From an uncultured Gammaproteobacteria bacterium (GTDB lineage Bacteria > Pseudomonadota > Gammaproteobacteria > UBA9214), in the NCBI GenBank assembly GCA_963773065.1, contig CAVYZN010000009.1, positions 32,001 to 96,000 of the forward strand: DNA of 64,000 bases. Direction: 5' to 3'. A program made the translations under genes and the position numbers. The notes below the pieces were generated by a model, which saw only the letters and a list, made by a program, of their open reading frames with translations, was not told the DNA's origin and made no database searches. Below are positions 1 to 10,202 of the stretch, piece by piece; position 1 is the stretch's first letter; every line of letters starts with the position of its first letter.

Positions 1-159
1 CCCGCACGGATCAGCGGGTACCTCGGCAAGACCGACACTTTCGACAAAGCCATCGCACAGTTCTCAATGGCCTACGCGGATCAGAGCGAACGCGACTATG
101 AGATCCTCAAGAAGGCGGCGCAGGACGGACAGGTGGAAGTTTTCATGGAACCGGAATAA
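1..159 (+). CDS. DUF2252 family protein, C-terminal part (truncated by window edge)
   Basis: Frame 1 reads PARISGYLGKTDTFDKAIAQFSMAYADQSERDYEILKKAAQDGQVEVFMEPE*, matching the GYLG..D.FD.A...F...YADQ.ERD C-terminal pattern of DUF2252. Confidence 0.75.
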   Translation, partial: PARISGYLGKTDTFDKAIAQFSMAYADQSERDYEILKKAAQDGQVEVFMEPE

Positions 160-185
160 CAGGGACTGAAAATGATGATGATTCT

Positions 186-363
186 AGGAGCCTGTCGGAT
201 TTAACTGGCTTAGCCGGTCGAATATGGATGGGCTAACCGTAAGGGAACGGAGCGGCGATGTCGGGCAAATTCCAGACGATTGATCAAGACACCGGGTATT
301 TGTTGCCGCCCTCGTTGCAGGATTGGCTGCCGGAGACGCACCTGGCGCGATTTGTCGTGGATA
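186..363 (+). mobile_element. IS1182-family left-end remnant with truncated transposase N-terminus
   Basis: AGGAGCCTGTCGGATTT end-like sequence, then MSGKFQTIDQDTGYLLPPSLQDWLPETHLARFVVD (LLPPSL.DWLP..HLARFV is the IS1182/DUF772 N-terminal motif); similarity stops after about 35 codons. Confidence 0.7.
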
Positions 364-395
364 CACGTCGCCCAAGTGAGATGACCAGGACCACC

Positions 396-452
396 ATGCC
401 CGAGGTCATCCTGCATCAGTGGGAAGTTTCACCTTTCTGCGGCAAGGTGCGA
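396..452 (+). pseudogene. glutathione S-transferase N-terminal fragment
   Basis: MPEVILHQWEVSPFCGKVR (SPFC.KVR GST-N motif) with an upstream AGGA; breaks off after 19 codons. Confidence 0.55.
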
Positions 453-671
453 ACCCCTGGTTCCGCTTCTACAGGTGGGAGAAGCGGGATCTTCGAGCAC
501 AACTGAGGATCAACTGATCCAAGCCTTCGTTGCCCAGGGGCGAGTGGGAAGGTGAGGCCGGAAAACCGGCCCGGAGGACCGGCACCATCGACCGCTGCGC
601 GCCATGGAGAGCGAAGCGAGGGCGCGTAGTCCCTGGTAGGCGTAGGCGCGGGCGTATGGCCGCAGTGGCGC

Positions 672-882
672 GGGGCCGATAGGTCCCGGGCCGGCGGAGG
701 GCATATGCAAGCGCATCCGACACGCCGTCAAGCCATTTGCGGGAGTGCTGCGTGAGCCAGCGCCTAGCTTGCGACGGTGTGGCGAAGCGGCACGGACGCA
801 GGGCGGCCGGGGCACAATAGGCTGTCGTGACAAGCGAGGGCGAAACGGCGACTTGGACGTCCCGTTTCGCATCCTGAGCGTC
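672..882. repeat. repeat A, copy 1 (about 210 bp direct repeat)
   Basis: Aligns by eye along its whole length with 2411-2620 (GGGGCCGA.AGGTCCCG ... TTTCGCATCCTGAGCGTC). Confidence 0.9.
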
Positions 883-981
883 GACACGTGGGACTATCTG
901 GCGAATTTCGACACGCGGCTGGGATTAAACAGACTGGGCGCGGTTTGAGGCCGCCATGACTAGCTAGAGGTGATAGAGGAT

Positions 982-2250
982 ATGTCCAAAAAAATTGCAG
1001 GGGGGCTGACGGCGCTGATTCTGGCACTGTCTGGGATTCCGGCCGAGGCCGCTGGTCTGTGGCTCTACGAAATGGGCACGCCCGATGTGGGCACGGCGAG
1101 CGCCGGCATGGCCTCGCGCGCCGATGATGCCGCCACGGCCTTCGCCAACCCCGCGGGCATGACCCGGCTCGCGGAGTCGCAGCTCATGCTGGGGGTGCAG
1201 CCGATCTACGCAGATATCAAATTCGATACCCAGAGTTCCACCTTCGGCGGCGGGAACGGCGGCAATGCGGGCGGTCTCACACCCACGGGCAGCCTGTCCT
1301 ATGTGCACAGCGTGTCGAACGATCTCAAGCTCGGCTTCACGGCCGGTTCCTACCTGGGCCTGGGGGTCAAGTTCGATGATACCTGGGCCGGACGCTACTA
1401 TATCCAGCAGGAGGATTTTCTCACCGGCATCGCCAACGGCGCGCTCGGCTACCGGGTGAACGACTGGCTGTCGGTCGGCGGCGGCCTGTCGCTGGTCTAC
1501 GGCGAACTCGGCGCCCAGACGAACATCAACAACGTACTTGACGGGCAGCCGGATGGCCGCATGAAACTCGATGCCACCGACACGGACATCGGCTGGAATG
1601 CCGGTCTGCTGATCGAACCCCGTGCCGGCACGCGCCTGGGGCTCACCTACACCTCCAAGGTCGATCTCAAGTTCAAGGATCAGACCTCGTTCCATGGCCT
1701 CGGTCCCGGGCTGGATTTTGCCCTGACCCAATCCGGGCTGAAAGGTGCGGACACCACGTTCGACTTCACCCTCCCGAATCAGGTGATGCTGAGCGGCTAC
1801 CACGAACTGACCCCCGACCTTTCGCTCATGGCGGATCTGGGCTGGCAGAACTGGTCGCAATTCGGCCAGATCGGCTTGTCGATCGACTCGACGACTTCGA
1901 CCAGCACGACGGTGGACGCCCACTTCCAGGACACCTGGCACACCGCCCTCGGCGCGCGCTACCGGCTCAACCCGCTGTGGTCCGTGTCCACCGGGTTCGC
2001 CTACGACAGCTCGCCGGTCACCAATTCCAACCGCTCCATCGTCCTGCCGGTCGACCGCCAGTACCGCTACGCCCTGGGGCTGCAGTACGACTGGCGCAAG
2101 AACATCACCTTTGGCGCCGCCTACGAGTACATGGACGCGGGCAGCGCACCGGTCAACCAGACGGCTGGGCCCCTGAAGGGCGATATCCAGGGCCGGTTTA
2201 AAGACGATGCCTTCAATATCCTGGCGCTCAATGTGAACTGGAAGTTCTAG
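982..2250 (+). CDS. OmpP1/FadL/TodX family outer membrane transporter
   Basis: Signal peptide, AGLWLYEMG..DVG.ASAG..DDAATAFANPAGMT hatch motif, beta-barrel pattern, terminal Phe (VNWKF). Confidence 0.9.
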   Translation: MSKKIAGGLTALILALSGIPAEAAGLWLYEMGTPDVGTASAGMASRADDAATAFANPAGMTRLAESQLMLGVQPIYADIKFDTQSSTFGGGNGGNAGGLTPTGSLSYVHSVSNDLKLGFTAGSYLGLGVKFDDTWAGRYYIQQEDFLTGIANGALGYRVNDWLSVGGGLSLVYGELGAQTNINNVLDGQPDGRMKLDATDTDIGWNAGLLIEPRAGTRLGLTYTSKVDLKFKDQTSFHGLGPGLDFALTQSGLKGADTTFDFTLPNQVMLSGYHELTPDLSLMADLGWQNWSQFGQIGLSIDSTTSTSTTVDAHFQDTWHTALGARYRLNPLWSVSTGFAYDSSPVTNSNRSIVLPVDRQYRYALGLQYDWRKNITFGAAYEYMDAGSAPVNQTAGPLKGDIQGRFKDDAFNILALNVNWKF

Positions 2251-2285
2251 CGCCATGGGGACACCAATCGATGACTGTAGCCTCA

Positions 2286-2421
2286 GGTAGGCTGTTTCCT
2301 CCGGGTAGGCAATGACGCTATCGAACCGCTTGAAAAGTCCGCGAGTAAGCTATTGATTCGTAATGAGCGCATCTGCGGTGCTTCCGGACTTCGGGTTTTT
2401 GAAGCTGGCTGGGGCCGAGAG
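2286..2421. repeat. repeat B, copy 1 (about 136 bp, contains IHF consensus)
   Basis: Aligns with 3407-3543 with one gap; contains TAAGCTATTGATT (reverse complement fits WATCAANNNNTTR) between AAGTCCG and CGGACTT inverted motifs. Confidence 0.9.
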
Positions 2422-2620
2422 GTCCCGAGCCAGCGGAGGGTATATGCAAGCGCATTCGAAACGCCGTCCAGCCATTTGCGGGAGTGCTGCGTAACTGGCG
2501 CCGAGCTTGCGATGGTGTGGCGAAGCGGCACGGACGCAGGGCGGCTGCGGCAGAATAGGCTGTCGTGACAGGCGGGGGCGAAACGGCAACTTGGATGACC
2601 CATTTCGCATCCTGAGCGTC
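2411..2620. repeat. repeat A, copy 2 (fused to repeat B copy 1)
   Basis: Direct repeat of 672-882; overlaps repeat B at the GGCCGAGAG core. Confidence 0.9.
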
Positions 2621-2721
2621 ACAACACTCTTAATCTGCGAACAACGAGCTTGTTACAGCCGTCGTCGACCTATCGCTTTAGAACGCACCTCTGACAACAT
2701 GATTCCGAGGCACGGAGTGCG

Positions 2722-3075
2722 TTAACAGGTGACATGCAGAATCGCGTTGATGTCAGCGGGCTTAAATTTCTCCAGTAATTCGCATACCTCGACGGTTGGC
2801 ATCGCGATAACCTCTACCCCTTTTCTGCGCGCTTCTTCGTACACTTCGGGCATAACCGGGAGACTTCCATACGCGCCGGTTCCGACGAAAAGTTTCCGGC
2901 CGCGCCATGGGATATTTTCCTCTACCGATAGCGGGGTGTGGCCGAACTGGGTTCGATAAGTCTTTGACAATCGCTTTTTACGCTTTCGTACCTTGCCCCT
3001 TTCAATAACAACATCATAGTCGTAATGCTGGCCCTCAATATCGATCTTTCCGAAGGTGACTAGTCTCATCTTCAT
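2722..3075 (-). CDS. Mth938-like (DUF498) domain protein
   Basis: FGKIDIEGQHYDYDVVI...FGHTPLS...VGTGAYGSLPV...AILHVTC pattern. Confidence 0.8.
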   Translation of the reverse strand: MKMRLVTFGKIDIEGQHYDYDVVIERGKVRKRKKRLSKTYRTQFGHTPLSVEENIPWRGRKLFVGTGAYGSLPVMPEVYEEARRKGVEVIAMPTVEVCELLEKFKPADINAILHVTC

Positions 3076-3406
3076 GGTGTGCCCTCCGGTTCCTCGGTCT
3101 GAATACGGGAGAGGGTTTCTGCGTGTTTACAAGGCGCATGCCCGGCGTTTTGCAAGGTGCTTACGGGTTTGCTACCGATAATAAAAGCGTAGCACGGCGC
3201 GCGAGGGACATTGCTGATGTCGTCGCACTGCCTATACCGGAGCATCGAGTGTAGCCACTGTGAAGAGCCGTCGGAGGGTGGGTATAGGGTATCGATCCAC
3301 TTCGTCTGCGCCGCGGGGCTGTTTGACCTTCCGCACAGGGCATAACTAGGCGTATCGCGCACGCAGAAGCTGAAACGCTACTCGTTTCGGGCCAAAGGCA
3401 ACCGCT

Positions 3407-3543
3407 GGTTGGTTATTTCCTCCGAGTAGGCAATGACGCCATCCAACCGCTTGAAAAGTCCGCGAGTAAGCTGTTGATTTGTAATGACCGAAATTTTGGA
3501 TGCTTCCGGACTTCAGGATTTTGACGCTGGGCGAGGCCGAGAG
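3407..3543. repeat. repeat B, copy 2
   Basis: Direct repeat of 2286-2421; IHF-like TAAGCTGTTGATT. Confidence 0.9.
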
Positions 3544-3653
3544 AAGAAGGGCCCGGAGAGAGCGGAATGGGGCCTTGAGGGGACTTCCGGGCTGGGTCAC
3601 GAAGTCCGCAGGCTTCCGCAGGAACCCCCGCGAACACGCGGCAACTCCGCAAT

Positions 3654-3683
3654 AAAAAAGGCCAACCGAGAGTAGTTGGCCTT
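3654..3683 (-). terminator. Rho-independent terminator
   Basis: AAGGCCAAC-N8-GTTGGCCTT stem followed by a T-run on the minus strand, just downstream of the tmRNA-like remnant. Confidence 0.7.
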
Positions 3684-3690
3684 GAGGTAT

Positions 3691-3756
3691 TGGTGGAGGG
3701 GTGCGGAATCGAACTGCCGTCCGCAAGTACTCCGTAGTCAGGAGTACATGCCTAAG
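3691..3756 (-). other. degenerate tmRNA (ssrA) 3'-end remnant / old att site
   Basis: TGGTGGAGGGGTGCGGAATCGAACTGCCGTCCG...TACATGCCTAAG resembles the reverse complement of ssrA 3' ends (TGGTGGAG..GCGGGA.TYGAACCCGCGTCCG...TACATGCTTAG); no 5' part found. Confidence 0.6.
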
Positions 3757-4190
3757 TTTGACCGTTTGAACATTCCCTCGATCCGGCCAGCCGAGTAACT
3801 CTCAGCAAACTGCATAGACGAATCTAGGACGATGTCTCTCCCGAGAACGAATCTCGCCGCTCATAGGCCGGCGTGGCGGTACTTTCCTAATTTCGATGTT
3901 TGGAGTAGGGCGGGGTGATGCACATAACTGGGTCACTATCGAGACAAGACAACTGCTGCAGTGGTTTGATCGGAAACGGGGTTAATGACAGCCAAATAAT
4001 CCTGCGGGGATCAATTGTGCATCGTTATGCATTGTGGTGCACAGGTTACGACGGGCGCCACGGTAAGTATTGAATAAAAAGGCTGAAAAACTAACTTTCT
4101 GTCCTTTTTTATATCGCGCGTGGACCGGGCGCCTGGCGGTTGCCTGCCAGAAGTATCAGAGGTGCCACGAAATACTCTGACATGAATTGT

Positions 4191-5174
4191 TCACCCCAGC
4201 TTTCTCGCCAAATCCTCCGCCTTTAAATGCGTGTAACGGCGTAGCATCCGCAGATCCTTGTGGCCGGTGATAGTGGCGACCTCCATGATATTGAGACCCT
4301 TCTCGAACAGTCGGGTGGTGGCCTCGTGGCGCAGGTCATGGAACCGGAGGTCCTCGATGCCGGCCCGGCGCACCGCGCGGATGTAGGCGCGCTTGATAGC
4401 CTCGGTGGTGATGCCGGGGAAGACCTGGCCATGCAGGCTGCGGGGCAGGGCGCGTAACACCCGAATGGCGGTCGTTGACAGCGGTACCGTCCGTGCCTCG
4501 CCGTTCTTGGTGTCCGGCAAATGGGCAGTGCGGCGGCTCAGGTCGATGTGCTCCCAGTGCAGGCGGATGAGTTCCCCCTGGCGCATCGCGGTCTCCAGTG
4601 CCAGTTGCACGATGGGCAGCAGCCAGGGATTGCGCGCCTCCTGGCAGGCGGCCAGCAGTCGGGGTTCTTCACCTGCCTGCAGGCGTCGGTCCCGCGGTCT
4701 GCCGTTCGCCGGCAGTTTGATATCGCGTACCGGGTTGTGTACCTGGATGCCCCATTCCTTGCGGGCCACTTCGAACACATGGCCAAGCAGCACCAGATCC
4801 TTTTTGACGGAGGCTGAACTGACTTTCCGCAACCGTTCATCCCGAAACCGGGCGATATCCACACCGCGAATGCCGGCGACAAACCGCTGGGCGAGGGGAT
4901 GTCGCATGAAGGCCCGCAGACGGTTGGTCTCGGGTACTGCACCTTTCTTCAGTGGAGTGACTTCTGACAGGTAGCGTTCCAGCAGTTCCTTGAGTGGGGT
5001 GGATTCGGCCTCAGCGCGGGAGACGAACACGCCCTTGTCCATCTCGACTTCGATGAGGCGTGCCCACTGCTCGGCTTCGGCACGTGTCTCAAAGGTCTTG
5101 GTTTGCAGGGGTTGGCCCTTTTTCCGGACCTGTGCCTGCCATTGATAAGGGCCGCGTTTTCTGAAGGTTGCCAT
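4191..5174 (-). CDS. tyrosine recombinase / integrase (Rci-like)
   Basis: ETAMRQGEL, TKNG, FHDLRHEA, GHKD..ML.RY catalytic R-K-H-R-H-Y set; adjacent to the tRNA 3' end. Confidence 0.95.
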   Translation of the reverse strand: MATFRKRGPYQWQAQVRKKGQPLQTKTFETRAEAEQWARLIEVEMDKGVFVSRAEAESTPLKELLERYLSEVTPLKKGAVPETNRLRAFMRHPLAQRFVAGIRGVDIARFRDERLRKVSSASVKKDLVLLGHVFEVARKEWGIQVHNPVRDIKLPANGRPRDRRLQAGEEPRLLAACQEARNPWLLPIVQLALETAMRQGELIRLHWEHIDLSRRTAHLPDTKNGEARTVPLSTTAIRVLRALPRSLHGQVFPGITTEAIKRAYIRAVRRAGIEDLRFHDLRHEATTRLFEKGLNIMEVATITGHKDLRMLRRYTHLKAEDLARKLG

Positions 5175-5202
5175 CGCCACACTCCGCTCGTTCGCGAACG
5201 AG

Positions 5203-5275
5203 TGTGACAACGCTGTGACAAATAATCAGTTGGAAACCAATACAGGGAATGTCGTGGTTTTTAACTGATTGATTT
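5203..5275. promoter_or_regulatory. putative integrase arm sites and IHF site of the att region
   Basis: TGTGACAA repeated at 5203 and 5214 (11 bp period); TAACTGATTGATT at about 5262-5274 fits the IHF consensus on the minus strand. Confidence 0.55.
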
Positions 5276-5278
5276 AAA

Positions 5279-5355
5279 TGGTCGGGGTGAGAGGATTTGA
5301 ACCTCCGACCCCTGCCTCCCGAAGGCAGTGCTCTACCAGACTGAGCTACACCCCG
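5279..5355 (-). tRNA. tRNA-Pro(CGG)
   Basis: CGGGGTGTAGCTCAGTCTGGTAGAGCA CTGCC TTCGGGA GGCAG ... GGTTCAAATCC TCTCACCCCGACCA; 77 nt cloverleaf with CCA. Confidence 0.97.
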
Positions 5356-5356
5356 A

Positions 5357-6358
5357 TTAATACGTGCGATTGACGGAAAATTCCGCGAGGTTGTACAGGG
5401 CCTCTTTGTAGGTGGATGCCGGTAACGCATCCAGTGCCGCAATGGCCTGGTCGGCTTCCCGTTGCGCGGCCTGTGCAGTGTACGGGATGCTTCCGGTTGA
5501 TTCAATGGCGGCGAGTACGGCTGATATGTTTTCATGGCCGCCGTTCTCGATGGCCTTGCGGATGAGTTGTGCCTCGCCCGGGGTACCCTTGCGCATGGCG
5601 CGAAGCAGGGGCAGGGTCGGCTTGCCCTCGGCCAGGTCGTCCCCGATGTTTTTGCCGGTATCCACGGGCGAGGCGCTGTAGTCCAGAACATCGTCGATCA
5701 ATTGGAAGGCGATGCCAAGGTGCAGTCCGTAGCTGGCCAGCGCGGTTTCAACCGCATCCGGCTGCCCGCCCAGGATCGCGCCGATCCGCGCGGCGGCCTC
5801 GAACAGCTTGGCCGTCTTGCGGCTTATCACATCCATATAGCGCGCCTCGGTAGTGTCCGCATCGTGGCAGTTCAGTAATTGCAGCACTTCCCCCTCGGCA
5901 ATGGTATTGGTCGTATGCGACATGATTTCCATGATGCGCATATTGTTGGCCTCGACCATCATCTCAAAGGCGCGTGAGTAGAGAAAATCACCGACCAGGA
6001 CACTGGCCTCGTTGCCCCAAACGGCATTGGCGGTCATGTTGCCGCGTCGCAATTGTGAGGCATCGACCACATCATCATGCAACAGGGTAGCGGTATGGAT
6101 GAACTCGATCACCGCGGCCAGGTTGATATGCTGGTCGCCCTGGTAGTGGCAGGCGCGTGCGGAAAGCAGTACCAGCAGGGGGCGCAGTCGCTTGCCGCCG
6201 CTGTTGATGATGTAATTTGAAAGCTGGTTGATCATGGCCACGTTGCTGTACAGGCGCGATCTGATCAAAATGTCCACCGTCGCCACGTCGTCGGATACGA
6301 GCGCACGTAGCGCATCCACGCTAACCATAACCTGCTGATTGGAGATAACTTCCTGCAT
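5357..6358 (-). CDS. ispB: octaprenyl-diphosphate synthase
   Basis: SGGKRLRP, LLHDDVVD, FQLIDDVLDY motifs; divergent from rplU as is conserved. Start uncertain. Confidence 0.95.
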   Translation of the reverse strand: MQEVISNQQVMVSVDALRALVSDDVATVDILIRSRLYSNVAMINQLSNYIINSGGKRLRPLLVLLSARACHYQGDQHINLAAVIEFIHTATLLHDDVVDASQLRRGNMTANAVWGNEASVLVGDFLYSRAFEMMVEANNMRIMEIMSHTTNTIAEGEVLQLLNCHDADTTEARYMDVISRKTAKLFEAAARIGAILGGQPDAVETALASYGLHLGIAFQLIDDVLDYSASPVDTGKNIGDDLAEGKPTLPLLRAMRKGTPGEAQLIRKAIENGGHENISAVLAAIESTGSIPYTAQAAQREADQAIAALDALPASTYKEALYNLAEFSVNRTY

Positions 6359-6534
6359 TCGTGTGTCGATATGTCCGGATCCAGCCGGCGACTCGCCTGA
6401 TACCTGGCGGACTCGCTAGTCTAACGATCTTAAATGCCATGTACCAGAAGGTATTTGATTGACCTTAAAGAGAGCAATCATTAAAATGAGCGGCCTTTTT
6501 CAGGATTCTGTGTAGTGTACCTGGAGTGTCTGAC

Positions 6535-6843
6535 ATGTATGCGGTGATCAAAACCGGTGGTAAGCAGTACCGCGTCTCGCAAGGAGACACCTTGAGGATT
6601 GAGAAACTGGAAGCGGGTGAAGGTGAATCCGTCGAGTTCGAGCAGGTGCTGATGGTGGGCGAGGGTGACGATATCAAAATCGGCGCTCCTTACTTGGATG
6701 GCAGCCGTGTGGCCGCCAGGGTCAAAAGCCATGGCCGCGCCGACAAGGTTGAAATCATCAAGTTCAAACGCCGCAAGCATCACATGAAGCGGATGGGACA
6801 TCGTCAGAGCTACACCGAAGTGGAGATCACCGGCATCTCGTGA
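6535..6843 (+). CDS. rplU: 50S ribosomal protein L21
   Basis: [14 protein letters not shown]...[14 protein letters not shown]. Confidence 0.98.
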   Translation: MYAVIKTGGKQYRVSQGDTLRIEKLEAGEGESVEFEQVLMVGEGDDIKIGAPYLDGSRVAARVKSHGRADKVEIIKFKRRKHHMKRMGHRQSYTEVEITGIS

Positions 6844-6870
6844 TGGACCGCGCGTTTAGAGGATTATTCG

Positions 6871-7128
6871 ATGGCACATAAAAAGGCAGGCGGCAGTACC
6901 CGTAACGGCCGCGATTCCGCGTCGAAGCGGCTCGGCGTCAAATGTTTCGGTGGTGAGTCGGTGATTGCCGGCAACATCATTATTCGTCAGCGGGGCACAC
7001 GTTTTCACGCCGGCAGTAACGTCGGTTGCGGCAGAGACCATACCCTGTTCGCCAAGAGCGACGGTACGGTGCGGTTTGTCCAGCGCGGCACCAAAAATCG
7101 CAAGTTCGTCGAAGTGGTTGCCGGCTGA
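6871..7128 (+). CDS. rpmA: 50S ribosomal protein L27
   Basis: [16 protein letters not shown]. Confidence 0.98.
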   Translation: MAHKKAGGSTRNGRDSASKRLGVKCFGGESVIAGNIIIRQRGTRFHAGSNVGCGRDHTLFAKSDGTVRFVQRGTKNRKFVEVVAG

Positions 7129-7152
7129 ACCCGACCTCTGGCGTGATTGATC

Positions 7153-7178
7153 AACCCCGCCACCGCGCGGGGTTTTTC
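7153..7178 (+). terminator. Rho-independent terminator after rpmA
   Basis: AACCCCGC-N6-GCGGGGTT followed by TTT. Confidence 0.75.
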
Positions 7179-7229
7179 ATTTTGAATAGGCAGCGTGGTC
7201 ATTCATAAATTCACCTAACCGGGTAATAA

Positions 7230-8342
<1,113 letters not shown>

Positions 8343-8414
8343 AGTAACCTTTGAAACTCTCGCTACACGGCGGGTCTCCACCGGCGCGGGAAAGGGAGCG
8401 GACTTCTGGCAAAG

Positions 8415-9542
8415 ATGTCGAAACAATTGAATACCCGCGATTGCAAGCGCTGGGTCATCAAGATCGGCAGCGCCCTGCTGACGGAAAATGGCCGTGGCTT
8501 GGCGGTGGGTGCGATCGACGGCTGGGTTGAACAGATGGTCGCCCTGCGCAAGGAAGGGCGTGAATTGCTGCTGGTCTCATCCGGTGCGGTGGCCGAGGGC
8601 ATGACGCGGCTGGGATGGACCCGGCGCCCGCACGCCCTGCACGAATTGCAGGCGGCGGCGGCCGTCGGCCAGATGGGCCTGATCCAGGCCTATGAATCGC
8701 GTTTCCAGCGATACGCCTTGCATACCGCGCAGGTGCTGCTCACCCATGATGACCTCGCCGATCGCCAGCGTTACCTGAATGCGCGCAGTACCTTGCGCAC
8801 CTTGCTCAGGCTAGGGGTGGTGCCGGTAGTGAATGAAAACGACACGGTGGCAACCGAGGAGATCCGCTTCGGCGACAATGACACGCTGGCGGCGCTGGTG
8901 GCCAACCTGGTGGAGGCCGATCTGCTGGTGCTGCTGACCGACCAGGTCGGGATGTATGACGGAGACCCGCGCAGGAACGCACAGGCTACGCTGGTCACCG
9001 AGGCGCGCGCCGGCGACGCGGCGCTGGAAGCCATGGCGGGGGATTCCGGCGGGGTGCTGGGAAGGGGCGGCATGTTGACCAAGGTGCGGGCGGCGGCGCG
9101 GGCGGCGCGTTCCGGAACGTTGACGGTGATCGCCTCGGGCAAGGAGGAAAATATCCTGCAGCGCCTCGCCACGGGCGAGGCGCTCGGCACCCGGCTGTTC
9201 CCGGCCAGTGTGCCGCTCGCCGCACGCAAACAATGGCTCGCCGGGCGGCTGCAGGTTCGCGGGTATCTGACGCTTGATGAAGGCGCCATCAGCGTTCTGC
9301 GGGCGGCGGGCAGGAGCCTGCTGCCGGTCGGTGTTACCCGGGTGGAAGGTGATTTCGAGCGCGGGGACCTGGTGGTGTGCTACGCGCCTGGGGGTGCGGA
9401 AGCGGCGCGCGGCCTGGTGAATTACAGCGCCGAGGAATCACGCCGGATCATCGGGCATCCCAGCCACCGGATCGAGGAAATCCTGGGTTATGTCGATGAA
9501 CCGGAACTGATTCACCGCGACAACCTGGTCCTGATGGGTTAG
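8415..9542 (+). CDS. proB: glutamate 5-kinase
   Basis: [29 protein letters not shown]-terminal PUA domain. Confidence 0.97.
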   Translation: MSKQLNTRDCKRWVIKIGSALLTENGRGLAVGAIDGWVEQMVALRKEGRELLLVSSGAVAEGMTRLGWTRRPHALHELQAAAAVGQMGLIQAYESRFQRYALHTAQVLLTHDDLADRQRYLNARSTLRTLLRLGVVPVVNENDTVATEEIRFGDNDTLAALVANLVEADLLVLLTDQVGMYDGDPRRNAQATLVTEARAGDAALEAMAGDSGGVLGRGGMLTKVRAAARAARSGTLTVIASGKEENILQRLATGEALGTRLFPASVPLAARKQWLAGRLQVRGYLTLDEGAISVLRAAGRSLLPVGVTRVEGDFERGDLVVCYAPGGAEAARGLVNYSAEESRRIIGHPSHRIEEILGYVDEPELIHRDNLVLMG

Positions 9543-9630
9543 CCGAACATTTCCCGGAAAAGACCGGTCGCTTAGACCGCGCTCTCTGGCTTGTTGAATG
9601 TATAATCCAGGTGAACGGCGCGCCTGGTGA

Positions 9631-9891
9631 TCAGAGCGCGCGGATATGCTGGTTGAGGCGGCTCTTGTGGCGAGCGGCCTTGTTTTGATGAATCAGACCC
9701 TTGCCGACGGCGCTGTCGATGATCGGGACCGCCTTGCGGTAGGCTTGCATGGCGACCTCGGAATTGCCGCTGCGGATGGCGGCAAAGACCTTTTTGATCG
9801 AGCTGCGCAATTCTGAGCGCTGACTGGCGTTGCGCTGACGGCGGTTTTCCGCCTGCCGCGCCCGCTTGGTTGCTTGTGCTGTATTAGCCAA
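9631..9891 (-). CDS. rpsT: 30S ribosomal protein S20
   Basis: ANTAQATKRARQ...IHQNKAARHKSRL; TTG start. Confidence 0.97.
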   Translation of the reverse strand: MANTAQATKRARQAENRRQRNASQRSELRSSIKKVFAAIRSGNSEVAMQAYRKAVPIIDSAVGKGLIHQNKAARHKSRLNQHIRAL

Positions 9892-10202
9892 AGGATGACT
9901 CCTGACCGGGATGGTTCAAAGGCGGCGTACTATGCGGATTTTTGGTTGTTTTGTCAATCGCGGTACGGCATGAAAGCCGGGCGTGTGTCGCATTGGCTGC
10001 CCCCGCGCGGCATGATCGGCGGTGATCGGGCCTGCCGGGGCATCCCGGCCACGTGCCCCGGGAAACGCAGGTGCAAACCAGTGCACGGGGCAAGCCCTGC
10101 TGTTAAGCTATCGTTCCCTCAGCGAGCGTTACATCAGAGCTGCCAATCTTCTCGAATAACCGTGCGGCCGGGTAAACCACCACGGCGTGCATGGCCCTGT
10201 GT

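Noticed and set aside
447-900. Group II intron (GTGCG at the GST break)
   Set aside because: No domain V/VI motif or reverse transcriptase ORF visible.
964-2256. Long antisense ORFs (also 14128-15948, 53469-54791, 55292-56938)
   Set aside because: Shadow ORFs of high-GC coding genes with no recognisable motifs.
672-3543. CRISPR array or classical integron attC sites
   Set aside because: Repeats are 130-210 bp with gene-sized spacing; no cas genes; no clear RYYYAAC/GTTRRRY attC pattern; the integrase is not recognisably IntI-like.
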